A DNA stretch of 63,832 nt, filler included, from Phoronis australis (GCA_002633005.1; 12 parts of 12 records of this genome joined end to end with filler, not necessarily neighbours in it); one strand, 5' to 3'; positions 24,805 to 37,645 are shown, counted from the whole stretch's first letter. Numbers and translations: made by a program. Notes: a model not told the origin generated them from the letters alone.

Positions 24805-27800
24805 CTACAGTGACAGAAATGGGAAACATAAGCAGCGTTGGATACGATGGCAAATATTTTAGGAATGTTGTAGATGTACATTTGAATAGGTAAGCAACCG
24901 AATTCATAACGATACAATTCGATCTAAAAATGCATCCCAAGATGATATATTGCCTCAGTAAGGCAGCGCAGAGTTCGTGCTCGTTTACGGATTTCCAGTC
25001 ACTAAACTTACACTTCCTTTCCCGGATCTGAGACACTCTGACTTGGGGGGAACACTGTGAAAAATACGGAGTAGATAGCACAAAACGATACCGTTTAAAG
25101 CAAATAACTTCCCAGCAAAAACGTGTACATCGGCAGTTCATCCCTGCAAGACATGTCACCTTCCCCCACACAGCTTTGATAATTATTTCGTACTTGTTGA
25201 TGCAAGATGACCAAGTGTTCGATTACTGTTGGAAGAAGGATGATTTGATTATTTAACCTCAATGTCTTTGCAACCACGATTTAACCACGTTTCTGTTCGC
25301 ATGCTGCGCAAGAAGAAGTTTACAAGCGTTTTTATCAGGTGTGCCTCAAACCAGATGCAAACCACGCAGAAAACAAATATTTATTCATACAAAAACGCCA
25401 CAAACGATAACACACTTGTAGCTCACACCATAGCAATTGCAAAACGTACATGCAAATATATGGAGTCTCCAGCTTAAACGCTGCATCAGTCAGACTACAC
25501 TTGAAGCAAGAAGAGCTTTCATGAGTCTTGTAATTCACTGCCTTGATTTGCCCCGCTTGTTTTCTTGTGTTCCACGAACACCAGAAATGTGAACGTCGAT
25601 AGCCTTCGCGCACTGTCGTTCCATAACTTAGACATATCGGATTAGTCTGCGTGGACTCAAACACCCACCCTAGGTAATTGCCCGTTAATGTGAATGTACC
25701 ATTTTTCACTCGTTGCAGAACTCGTGTTCAAAGTTCACGAATGACATACCTTTTCCGTTTAAAATTGATGGCACGAATGCATAAAAACTGCAGGTCAATG
25801 CCTCTTTTTTCACCGAAATTCAGCTTGATGCGCTTTCGTGAACATGCCGCAAGATATCCATTAAGTGGAGAGATTCCAATCGTCGTTTTTTTGTTCTCGA
25901 GTGAATGCTGCCATTTAACGGAAGTATCAGAAATGTTTATTATTGCGGCCTTAGCCTACGTTCCTCTTGTAATATAGGTCGCCAGGCTTTTTAGAAGTCA
26001 CTGCATTCAGGAACTTCCTAGTGTTGTGACTGTGCGCTGGAAGCTGTGGACGAGTCTAAATTGCATTGGGATATTTCTCAAGTATTGCGAGGTTCTCTGA
26101 ATCTCGTTACTACTTGAGGACTCTGTCAATCTCTAGATACCTTGTAATTGGCTGTTGTTCCTTGAATTGGAGTCGTCCGATGGCAGTGAAATTTGAACCG
26201 AAAAGCAATGCAGCCAACAAATTTCCGTTATTACATCTAAAGTGAAGGAGCTGTATGAGCTAATCAAATCGACATAAGCTGTCGAAAGAGATAAAAAATC
26301 TAAGTATAAAAAATTAGATTTCTTTTGTACACGTACCAGGTTCAGTTAGCGCTATCCAAGCTGGTGGCATTTATGTGGAATGGCTCTCCTATTTTAGAAG
26401 GATGTGAAGTGGAAGTACGTTTGAGAGGCGTGCGCAGACAGTTTTATAAAAGCCGGCAACCAGTCGTACAAGACTCACCAACGTCCTATCACGAATGCTG
26501 TATCAACACAAAGGACTATAAACCCTCGTCTACAAGCTGTCAAGACCAGTCTTGGCCTTTATTAGTCCCTGCATGGCCTACATTTTAGGCTGGGCGCGCG
26601 CGTGTGGCGTAATTCTGGTTATTTTTGTGACCTACCCCCCACTCAAATTCCTGGATCCGGCCCTGTTTTTAGTGATGCTACGAGTAAACTATAACCATGT
26701 CATTTCCTGACATTTTAAATAGTCAAATACATGCATATGCACATTACGTTCGTCTATCTACATCCTATACGGTGGTGAACTGATCTTATCGTATAACCAA
26801 AACAGAGTTCAAATTGTCACAAAAAGGTGAAAACTAACCTATAATTTTCCCCATTGTGCAATACATGTACTTTGTCTCCTGTCATGTCATAGTGGTGACG
26901 TTTACATTGCATCATTCGGCTGTTAGGTTATACGATTTTCCTACACATGAATCCGTCTACTGACTCCAGCAGTACCTAGAGGAGGCACTGTACAGTGATC
27001 ACTAGTTTTTTGTGTGGCGGTGCACTCGTCACAGGACTTGATGCCTATCATTTATTCTGTCGGCTATTCTATGAACAGAATGAAAGGTAGTTAGTCGTTC
27101 CACACCATATACCGCTACGCATGACCGCATCAACTTGATGCTGTCTCATATAATTGGTTCTTTTACTTCCATCGAAAAAGGAAACTATACTGCGAAAAAA
27201 GGTGACAAACGTGTTGGGAATGAGGAAAACACTTGCGGCTGTAGATACCTTTTTGTACCATATGGTGGCCGACATTGGTGAATGAGTGCGTACGCGACTG
27301 CTCCCCGAATTCAAAAAATCTAATGTATGGCAGCACTCTTTTAGGTCACGTTTTTTGAAATCTGTAGGAACTTTGCTTTCACAGTCAAGTGGCAGACGGT
27401 TTGCTATCTTCTAGCATTGGCAGAGAAGTGGTGGTTTTGCACTGGAAACTGTCAAATATGCGGTAACCGTTGTGCCACCTTTTTCGGAAACTTGCTTCCT
27501 TTTTCTGAACGTAAAATGCCCAAGGGATTTCAGATGTTAGTGCAAAGTGTCTGCAATATTCTATGTCCATTTTGATATTTTGATGTGAATTAGATGACTC
27601 ACGTATTTTCATTGTGTTCAGTAAATTTTCGTTAGAGTGGAGGAATGACATCAAGGACTGTCACGTGTGCATTGCCATTAGGCTAAATCAAAGACATTAA
27701 AGCCTACATTCAACGGAAAAAAACATGCAAAAATTGTGCCTAGAATATATCCGTAGTCTCACACTAACGTCGTCAAGCAATAAGATATCACGTCTGGTGA

Positions 27801-28552
27801 ACGCTCAGCTTTTATTCTGCGGTTCTGCGGATGTGATGTCACCTTAAGATGTCAGGCGAGCCTGATCCCCACAACAAACGAGAGATCAAAAATTCATGAT
27901 TAGATTGTGTTTGCGGCGGTTGCTCTAATACAAATCAAATAGAGGTAGTAGCAGTATCTTTGGTAGCATTCTTTAATTTCTCGAAGGAACCAAAGCTGGC
28001 GAAGAAGTGGTTTCGTTTTGTGCAGCCGAAGAGAGTTCTTGGAATAAGAGTCCAACAGGCCGTTGATAATCGAGCATTCGTGTGCTTTGCAAATTTTGAA
28101 GACTCTTAAACGAAAATGCCACCCAAAAAACAACATATTTTGTATCAATTTAGATCGAGTAGTTCTACTCGATAACAGTACGTTCTGTTGCGTTACCTAA
28201 CAGCTGACAGATGTGTTGAAATTATCCAATGACGTCACTGGTTTCACTTGCAGTCTGTTCAGCAGTTCACAACACGGGTTACTGGTGTCAACTTATCGCT
28301 TGAATTCAGCCATCATTTAACACCAATAAATCACCCGAGTTCTTACAAAAACGTTTTATTTCTCTGTTGCGGATTTATTGGTATTTGGACTCATGGTAGC
28401 CTACAAAGTTCGGCATGCCAATTTACCAAGGTCCGTAGCAGGAGTTTGGGGTCTCTTCGGAGTCAAGTATTCTTCCGTGAAATACAGACAGGAGAACCTA
28501 GATCTGTGTTATTTTTACTTGATTTTTTGACTTCTAAACACACAAAACGCTT

Positions 28553-28826
28553 GTTATCCCGGCCAGTGGCTCGGAACCCGATCAGGCCCGTCGCGGCCGG
28601 ACTGACTCGTTATCCCGGCCAGTGGCTCGGAAACCGATCAGGCCCGTCGCGGCCGGACTGACTCGTTATCTCGGCCAGTGGCTCGGNCGGAACCCGATCA
28701 GGCCGTCGCGGCCGGACTGACTCGTTATCCCGGCCAGTGGCTCGGAAACCGATCAGGCCCGTCGCGGCCGGACTGACTCGTTATCTCGGCCAGTGGCTCG
28801 GAACCCGATCGCGGCCGCCAGGACTG
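28553..28826 (+). repeat. GC-rich 56-bp tandem repeat inside the Kolobok-like element
   Basis: Unit gttatcccggccagtggctcggaacccgatcaggcccgtcgcggccggactgactc at 28553, 28609, 28665, 28724 and 28780. An n at 28687 makes the copy number uncertain. Confidence 0.85.
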
Positions 28827-29558
28827 GCACGAACATAAACAAGCTTCAGTTGCAAACTAAATCTCCCGACACGAAATGACTATAATAGCGATCCAAAGAA
28901 ATAATGTGCACGTAATTATTTATGTGAATTAGCCACGAAACTGAACGTCTACTTACTTGTCGGGGCCGCGAAGTCGGGTTCCCATTCCACAGACCGTCAG
29001 GGCAAAGGTTGTACAGTAACACTTATTTGAATGATGTATTTGTATTTCTAAATAAAGATTCCCCTAACATGTAACATTAGCATATACATGTAAAATCGAG
29101 TAATTGTTTCATAACAGCTTTCTGTCAGCAATCACTAAATAAGCATGCGCTCACAGGCCTCGGTGCCCGGTCAGTTACCTTTGTCGCCGGCATCAAAAGC
29201 CGGTAACGCAGTGGTTTATTCATTGCTGGCTTCACAACATTTGCACTGGCACAAATACTGCCAGAAATTACAAATTGTATCTAATGTGACAGACTTTGCT
29301 TCAATTTGATAAAAGCATTGGTTAGGATTGAGAATAATTCATTTTGTAACGGAATGCAGAATAATAAACGTCTACATGGCAACTCGCCCGGCGCCAATCC
29401 CGACTTAGTCAAGAGCTCATCCGACGAAGACTTCACGGGTCGGATCGTTAGGTGTCACTGTGACACAGGCTATCAGTTCGAACCGGAATACACTGATCAA
29501 GAAATACTATAGACTCAGGCGCCGTGAACACTGCACAGGCAACGGAACGTATGGATAG

Positions 29559-29801
29559 TTATTTGGTTAGCCGGAATTCATTACAGAAATCACTGTCAAC
29601 AAAATGCCGGCCACAGACACGGAGATGTTTCACGGCCTCATATTTGCTATTAACAGCGTACCTTTCATTCTTCGCTACAGCGAGCCACTTCCTAAACATT
29701 TCGGGCTCTCGAGAAAGTCGAAAAAACGATATTCCCGCTTTCTTCGCACCTCCATAGTTTTGACAAGCGGGAAAGATGCACCGCAATATAGCGGCATTCA
29801 C
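29559..29801 (-). pseudogene. THAP (C2CH) zinc-finger domain remnant of a transposase
   Basis: RCIFPACQN...ISFFRLSREPEMFRKWL...HLRVCGRHFVDSDF shows the THAP signature C-x4-C, FFR, W, C-x2-H-F and DF. The frame stops before the usual AVPT box. Confidence 0.8.
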
Positions 29802-31221
29802 TCTGCAGACGAACCACTGACGTCGCTACGTCGTATCTCACCTTCCTCACCGGTTAATGCGACACCTCTCGGCAAGGTGAGGTCGACCGTATAAGAGGCG
29901 ATGTGGATATAGACCGATTAAGACGGTGGAAAAAACTAATTAAATCAGGTGGCATTCTCCCTTAATTGCTTCGACAAGCTAGGGCTAATGCGGCGAGCAG
30001 ATTTGCTACCGAAAGGTGAGAATAATACATTTATCACTCATTTACCTTTTATATAACTAATGTGCAACAAAAATGCGTTTATGGGTAAGGACTTTGAGTG
30101 ACCCTGTGATGACTTGACTCACTGGCGCAAACCAAAAATCCCAGCCGGGGCGGTGGAGTGTTCTTCCATTGTTGTGCCACCAATATGGGTCGGTTTTTAT
30201 GCGATTTTGTATTGAAATGGGTATTTTTCTCCGATTCTGGAATCAAATGAGCACTTTATTCTAGTCATGTAATGCGTGTACAAATTTCGTAAAAAGCACC
30301 CGAAAGCAGATTTGGCATTAATATGTGTTCTTTTTCAAATCTTCGGAACTGATTTAAGTCCATTGTGGCAACACACTCCTACCCAATGTTTAAGTGCCCC
30401 CAGGCCACGCGGCCAAAAGTAGACTAGTACTGTTACTTTAGCGGGGGATATTCTCTTGCTTTCTTGGTGATGCTAGATGAATTGTCCTTTCATTGCGTTT
30501 CAGTGGATTATTACGCATAAAATTAGAAGAGTTTATTTTTGATGGTCAAAATTGGTTAACTATGGAATGAGATGGCGTCCTATCTTTGTCGTGTAGCCTT
30601 GAAGTGCCAATGGTCACATTGTTGTATTATTATGCAACATCACATACAAGTGCATGGCTTAGTTATTAACAAGAAGGTTATATACATTGCACAGAGCCTC
30701 TGGAGGGGATAAACAACCTCGTGGGATTCTAATGTGATGCATTTATTTAGGCAGTACTCGCCAGTAGGGATGAGGGTGTTGGCTTGTACTAGTACGTCGT
30801 TTACCAACTCATTACCGGTGAATGCTAGCTTGATTTGTGATGGAATTAATCAGAGCCAGATAGTAAATATGTCGAGTGCATTGCTGAATTGTTTAGTCAA
30901 AATTAAAGAAACATTGCCATGGTAATTCCAGTACCAACAGGGACAGGGGACTGCCCAATTGTAGGAAAATTTGATTAGCGGTAATCAACAATCAAATCAA
31001 AATTGCCAGCCTACACCTGACGTAACCTTAAGACAGGGAACCACTTCCCATTTTTTAAACAAATTGCCGTCTGTATAAAAATTCACAAACCCATGCGCAT
31101 CTGATGAAAAAATAAGGGGTTCAAACACTGCAACTGTATAACTGATCAGACGTGTGCTAGAGAGACAAGCAAATCATTGCTAACAAACTGTTAATAAAAT
31201 TTGGTTAATGACTTTTCACAT

Positions 31222-31739
31222 CACATGATAGCGTTTTCCCGTTCAGTGACTTGACCAGACGAAAGGGGTTCAGATCGTGTTATTACATCTAGCTTCTTTG
31301 TTAACTGTAAAGGACAGTCTTTTGTTTGTTATGATAACAGGCACGCCAATTATCTACCAGTCTTATTACAGACCACGCGTGAACACCATCAAACCCCGGC
31401 AGAGTGAATTGGTATATTTGGAAAGAGTAGATTATCGCAATTGGTCGATTTTGGCGATTCAAAAACTAAACACGGTCACCATTTGACGAGGATTTCAGAA
31501 ATGCTATTGGTTTGTGTTCAAATATGTTATTTTTAACAGCACAGCCCACTCAGGTTAGATAAGATCTTATTGAAGATTAAAGCAATTGTCGAACAAATAA
31601 GCGCTGGCCCTCCAACCATGAATGCCAGAATGGAGTTAATCAGTTGTGTAAGATATTGGCTACAGGGGTAAACTTCCCAACTTGTTGTTGGGCTATAGAA
31701 TCGAACAAGTTGGGTGCAATGGGAAAACGACGTAATGAG
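31222..31739. mobile_element. ~510-bp MITE, copy 1
   Basis: TIRs CACATGATAGCGTTTTCCCGTT ... AATGGGAAAACGACGTAATGAG. Colinear with 32105-32607. Confidence 0.7.
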
Positions 31740-32049
31740 CTATAACAGTTTAGGTATATTAACTATATTTCCTTAATGCAGTTATAAGTCTTATGTGAGG
31801 CTGTGAGCCCAACATGCTGGCTAAAAAAAAAAACAAGAACAAATCTGACTCTTCTAGCCATCGACTACGTCTTTTGCCTGGTTCAGTACCAGAGATACTA
31901 TCCCCGTCTCAGACAGATGCAGTGCCATTGTCTGCTGAAGAAACACCCAGCAAGAACCTTCGAGGCAGTTCATTCACTTTTGAAGAAGCTTGAAACTGGG
32001 AGGGTACGCTTACCACAGCTGTACCCACGGGTGAAAGTGCACACTTTAA

Positions 32050-33402
32050 AGGAGAATGGTATCAATTTAGATCGAGTAGTGCCACTCAATAACAGCAAGT
32101 TCAGTTCATGACGGCGTTCTCTCATTCAGTGACTTTACCAACACGTAGAGGGTTGTGTGAGCTTGAGATAACATCTAGCTCCTTTGTTACACGCCAAGGA
32201 CAGTCTTTTCTCTGGTATGACAACAGGCAGGCTAATTATCTACCAGACTTATTACAGACCAGGTGTGAACACAGTCAAGCCCAGAGTGTTGGGAAAGGTT
32301 AGATTGTCGTAACTTTGGTTGTAGTTGGGTGATTTTGTCGATTCAAAAACTTAACATAATCAAAATTCTGAAATGCTATTGGTTTGTGTTCAAATGTAGT
32401 GTTATAACTTAACTTTTGTTTTTACAGCACAGCCCAGTCAGGCTAGATAGGTTTATTGAAAATTACTGCAATTATCGAACAAAAGAGAGCTGGCCCTCCA
32501 ACCCTAAATGCCAGAAAGGAGTTATTCAGTCGTGTAAGATTCATCTTCCCAACTTGTTGTTGGACTATAGAATTGAATTGGGAACAACGGGAAAACGCCG
32601 TAACGTGTTTTACCTGACACCTGACGGCAGACGGAGGTGTTGAAATTAACCGACGTATTCAGTTCGCACGCAGTCTGTTCAGCCGTTCGCAACACGCTTA
32701 CTGGTGTCAACTTATCGCTTGAAGGCGTCGTTTTACGCCAATAAATCATCAAATTTCGATGTAAAACCCTTACAAATACATCGATTTCTTGAACGAACGC
32801 GTTGTTTTATTTTTCACTCTCATGGATTTATAGTATATTTGAACATACGGTAGCCAACAGAGTTCGGTCAAGAAGTGTAGACTCAGGTTCAGTAGGCCAA
32901 TTCATCATGGTCGATCGCGGGAGTTTGGGTCTGTTTGGTGATAAATTCGAATCATTCTTCTGCTGAAATACAGACAAGAAAGATAGCTGTGTGTTGTACT
33001 TTTAGATTTGCGATTTTTCAGTTCTAAACACACAACACACTTGTTATCCCAGCCAGTGCCTTGGAACCCGTTCAGGCTCGTCGCGGCCCCCGGGACTGGA
33101 CATCACGAACATAAACCAGCTTTTAAGCTGGAGGTTTAGTTTCCAACTTAAAAGTTGGAAACTAAACCTCCAGTCACAAAAAGAGTGTACTGGTGAGCCA
33201 AAGAAATAATATGCACGTAATTATTTTGGTGAATAAGCCACAAAACTGCAAATGTAATTACTTGTCGGGGGCCGCGAAGTCGAGTTGCCCTTTTACAGAA
33301 CCGTCAGGGCAAAAGTTGTAACAATGATGTGAATAATGTATTTGCATATCTCAATAAAGATTCCCTTACAACATGTTACCATAGCATATTATAAGACCGA
33401 GT
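32050..33402. mobile_element. Second, truncated copy of the Kolobok-like element, interrupted by a MITE
   Basis: Starts TTAA|AGGAGAATGGTATCAATTTAGATCGAGTAG (compare 28110-28165). 32608-33402 aligns by eye with ~28190-29100 (e.g. ttactggtgtcaacttatcgcttgaa, ggggccgcgaagtcg, accgtcagggcaaa, taaagattccc). Confidence 0.75.
32105..32607. mobile_element. ~500-bp MITE, copy 2, nested in the Kolobok-like copy
   Basis: TTCATGACGGCGTTCTCTCATT ... AACGGGAAAACGCCGTAACGTG. Shares internal blocks with 31222-31739 (acagcacagccc, gctggccctccaacc, cttcccaacttgttgttgg). Confidence 0.7.
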
Positions 33403-34110
33403 TTGGATATGGTAGTGGTGGCAACCGGGAGAGATAACGGGTATTTTGTCATTTGCAACGACAGGTGAGGCGGGAAATAAACTTGTAGCTGTGGGATTTG
33501 TTATTTGACAAAAGTTGTTTCGTTTGGTTGCTACCTTCCAGTAGCTATCGCCACCTTGCGGTCAATGTAAAAATCGTACCGTGATGCGCGTTCCAAAACG
33601 AGGTTCGAAACGATAGCTCTATCGGCGTTGCATTCCGGCCGCGTTCAGTTGCTCGANNNNNNNNNNNNNNNNNNNNNNNNNNNNNNNNNNNNNNNNNNNN
33701 TTAATTAATTAANNNNNNNNNNNNNNNNNNNNNNNNNNNNNNNNNNNNNNNNNNNNCTTGGCTCCTCCCTAAATCCGCCACTGCTTATGTCTCAGTTTTC
33801 AATGGCTGAATATTATATCGTCTGCAACTCAGGCGCGGATTCCTAGGAAATAATAAAAATATCATATGTTGTTTTTTTAACTATTTCCAACAGATGTTAC
33901 AAGTTCACTGCTCAGTTGCCATAGTTTTCATCGTTGCTACCTCTTTTCAAGAAATGAATCGTTACTTCTAAAACTGTTTCTTTTACAAGAGAAAACTTGA
34001 AACCCAACGCGCAAGTACATACATATAGGTTGTATTCCGCCATGTGAACAGTCTGGATGAAGTATTTGAAAAATCTGTCTAAAAATTGCAAGAAACTTAG
34101 GGACTCGAAG

Positions 34111-34288
34111 CGCATGGGATAAATACAAAACGTACCTCGATTGGCGTACATGAAGTAATATCCCACTCGACCTTATTCCGCGTATCGACCTCGATCTTCG
34201 GCCTCGGTCTATACGCGGAATAATGTCTCGTGGGATATTACTTCATGTACGCCGCTCTCGGTACGTTTTGTGTATGTAACCATCCGCG
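34111..34288. mobile_element. Palindromic non-autonomous element (Crypton-like hairpin)
   Basis: acaaaacgtacc...ggcgtacatgaagtaatatcccac...ttattccgcgtat.gacc pairs with ggtctatacgcggaataa...gtgggatattacttcatgtacgcc...ggtacgttttgt around a central cttcggcctcgg. The family guess is inference. Confidence 0.6.
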
Positions 34289-34719
34289 TGTGTAAAAAGC
34301 CATGGTAAATGGATTATTTTTCAATAATTTGGGGCCACAATAAGTGTTGGTGTCCAATGCACATGTTGTCGCTACCGAACAATCCTCGCACCTTCGTGTA
34401 CTGAAACACTGTAGATCACGTTTGTGGTTTCTTGCCGGACGCAGGCATTCTCCAGCAATTGTGATTTTTCTTTTCTTCCTCTTCAAATAGTGCCGTCTCA
34501 TGAAATTGTGAAACAGTACGTCTGCCATGTATTCCACTTCCTGATGCAAGATTCTAGCGTGTTTTTGTCGTGGGTTTTTCCCTTTACTCTGTTTTACAGG
34601 ATAAAATACCTTCTTGCGCATGACATATAATTATATGCAATAACATCAATTATGAATCAAAGAGAACAAATAAAATATTTTTGTTAATCCTGAATTAGAT
34701 TCAATATGCAAATACTCAC

Positions 34720-35085
34720 AGTCTACGAAAAGTCGAGTAAAAACGGGTCCAACAACAGCATTGAAGTTTTTGGTCATCTGCACGGTATAGACACCTTCAT
34801 CACTTGGTGATACGTGTAATAAAATGATGGTGAATTGAGATCTTCCATAATAGTAGTCAGTTATACAGCGGGATTCGTAAAATCCTGTAAACGACCCGTT
34901 GGGTAGAACTTGGCCTTGGTCGACGGCGGGTGCATAAAACACATTTTGAAAATCCTTCCATAACGTAACGCTGTTGAAGGTATCTCCGCTTTCCAAGGAG
35001 TATTCAATTGTGAATACAGCATCTTCGCCGTTCACGCATATTATTTCACTAGGCACTTTCACCGTAAGGACTGATATTGAGACGT
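34720..35085 (-). CDS. Exon encoding an immunoglobulin V-set-like domain lacking the canonical disulfide
   Basis: Acceptor ttttatcttccag and donor T|gtgagt bound a 366-nt phase 1/1 exon. The protein has Ig motifs GEDAVFTIEY (B strand), VTLWKD (C strand), FTIILLHVSPSDEGVYTVQM (E-F, D-x-G-x-Y) and TRLFV (G strand). Confidence 0.8.
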
Positions 35086-36967
35086 CTGGAAGATAAAATA
35101 AATGTATTAAGTCTTGTTGATTCAAAAGAACTATAGGAACACGTGACGAAATTGAGTCGTCTTCGAGGCTACAGCAGCTTGACAAAGAGCCTCGGTCTAA
35201 TGTCTGACGCGAGCAGTCACGTGTCATATCATCCTCAAACACTAATCCGGTCAAACTTTTAATCTAAGTCTTTGAAGTCGTATAAAACCAGCAAGAGCAG
35301 TATCTGAAGTTATTGCGCATAACCCGTGGGAAAGTCAGCAAGGAAATTTATACCAGGACGAGAGTTATATCTTCCTGCTCATACTAAGTTGGAGTATCAA
35401 TGTTATGAGCATTGTTACGCCGTCAAATGTAACAATTTTGTAAAATGTAACAACCGTTACATTTTACGTCATTGTTAGATTTTACGTTGCTAGGCCTCTC
35501 CTAAAGTGTAACAAGTTCTTACATTTTATGAAATCGTTGCAATTTAAGTCGAATGCATATGCGAGAAATTTACCGTTGTTACATTTTACAAAAGCAACGT
35601 CATATTTCATGAGTTTGCATATTTGTCACACGAACGAAAACCGTTTACACACTTTACGCATGCTTTCTGGGATTGTGTGAGTGAAATTCTATCAAATGTG
35701 CCAGGTCGAACGTATAGATGTGTCCCTATGTGCTTTACACGTTTCTTAACATGGGTAGTTTTATGGTATAGTCAGAAATGCACATCGTACACTTTCAACT
35801 CTACTCGAAAAAAGTTTTCAGGGTCAGGTAACATGTTTTTTTTATTGTTGAAGCTTTCTTGCAATCTTTTGTTGACGCTTACAGGTCATAAATCAGTTGT
35901 GTATCCGGGATTACAGTAAACACACTTCTTTCCAAACTACAGATGGATATAGTTATATCTACAAACACTACAATGCTTGCCGATATGTCAGAAATAATCA
36001 GTTTTTGAAGTTGGTGCACGACTAAATAAGATTTTAAATCTCAACCTCCTCGTTTTCAAGAAGTAGGCCTACTCTGCATCCACAGTTGTCAAGGTGTTCC
36101 TCACATTATCGTTAAGGCTGAACATGGGAATCCCTTTAAAATCCTTTGGAACAGCACTCGCTGTCCATTATGGAAAGCCCGATGAAAACATTGAACCATA
36201 AATGAAATGATTTTAAAATCTTTGAGGGCCATGATGTATTAGCACTTCGCTAAACGTGTACTGTGTCCTGGTTTAAGAAATTTAAAAATATTCATAATAT
36301 TAATAATGACGATAATGAAAATTATAACGAGTAACAGTAGTGATATTAGCAATAGCAGTAGCAGTGGTAGTAGCAAAGTAATACTAATACTAATACTAAT
36401 AGAAATGACAATAGGTAGCCAAATTCATATCGTGTCATCCCGGATGTTATACGACAGAAGAGGTATACGAAAAGTGCCGCCCAAAAGAGTGTTAGTTCTT
36501 AGAAAAAATACTCTCCAAAATGGTGCCATTTTCGACAAAATTACATTTAAAAGGCGCCTTTCCGGAATTTCTGGAACAAAAGAGTGCAAAAATGTGAATT
36601 TTACACTGATTAGTTTCTAAATGGGACACTATTTGTCCAAGCCCACTCTCTAAATGGTACGTATTCAACTTTTTGGTTGGCACCCTTCTTACAAAAATAC
36701 TCTATTACCCCCCTGGTGGTGTCAGATGCCACTTGTTCGTGATTTTGGTCATTTTCCTTGCAATATGACGTGGGTTTCGTAAAATGTGGCAATGGTACAT
36801 TTCTCGCATGTGAGTTCGACGTGAAATGTAACAATTTCGTAAAATTTAACAACCTGTTGCAATTTAGNNNNNNNNNNNNNNNNNNNNNNNNNNNNNNNNN
36901 NNNNNNNNNNNTTAATTAATTAANNNNNNNNNNNNNNNNNNNNNNNNNNNNNNNNNNNNNNNNNNNN

Positions 36968-37023
36968 GACAACCCCAGGGGCTTCCATGACTTGTGGGAT
37001 AGTCGGCTGTTCAACTACACTGA
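36968..37023 (+). CDS. GBE1: 1,4-alpha-glucan branching enzyme exon (5'-truncated by contig start)
   Basis: DNPRGFHDLWDSRLFNYT(E), donor GA|gttagt. Matches the GBE1 motif RG.H.LWDSRLF.Y. Confidence 0.92.
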
Positions 37024-37414
37024 GTTAGTGCCTGATTGACATTCTTTGTTTCTTTTACTAAAAATAAGCCTCAGATTTTTATCTTTTCATAGACAATGTA
37101 TGTCAGCAATTTGAACTCTGTCCAAACTCTTGTTTGGGCAACTCAGGCTGAATTCCTGGGTTATGGTCTGATATAATGTGCCCGATTTTTGAGAACCAGT
37201 TTTGTCCACTGAATAACGGGCATCAAACTGGTTCCCAAAATACAGGCACGTTATATCTGACTATTGGCAAAGTCCTGACCACACTGCCTGTGAATTAAAC
37301 ATTGCACAACAGTGTCTCTTACTCCTCTGTGCTTGCTCTTAGTACCAAATGGATGTATGGCTAAGAACAAGAGCCTGGTTATAATGCGATAACGATTTAC
37401 AAGATTGTGCTAAA

Positions 37415-37640
37415 TGTTGATGTTGTTATAATTATTATAATTGTTATTTTTTATTGTGATTATTATTGTTATTATTATTGATATTATTGTTATTTTTATT
37501 TTTTGTTTTTGTTATTGTTATTATCATTGTTATTTTTATTATTGTTATTTTTGTATTGTTGTTGTTATTATCGTTATTGTTATTCTTATTACTATTATTA
37601 TTTTATAATGGTTATTGTAATTATTATTATATTTTACCAT
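37415..37640. repeat. (ATT/GTT)n degenerate microsatellite
   Basis: Long run of tta/ttg triplets just upstream of the next GBE1 acceptor. Confidence 0.9.
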
Positions 37641-37645
37641 TATAG

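Larger units (their letters stand above)
28110..29961. mobile_element. Kolobok-like non-autonomous DNA transposon (TTAA TSD)
   Basis: TTAA|ACGAAAATGCCACC ... GGTGGCATTCTCCC|TTAA, a 14-bp imperfect TIR. The second copy at 32050 starts TTAA|AGGAGAATG. It contains a THAP remnant. TTAA TSDs with purine-purine termini fit Kolobok. Confidence 0.75.
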
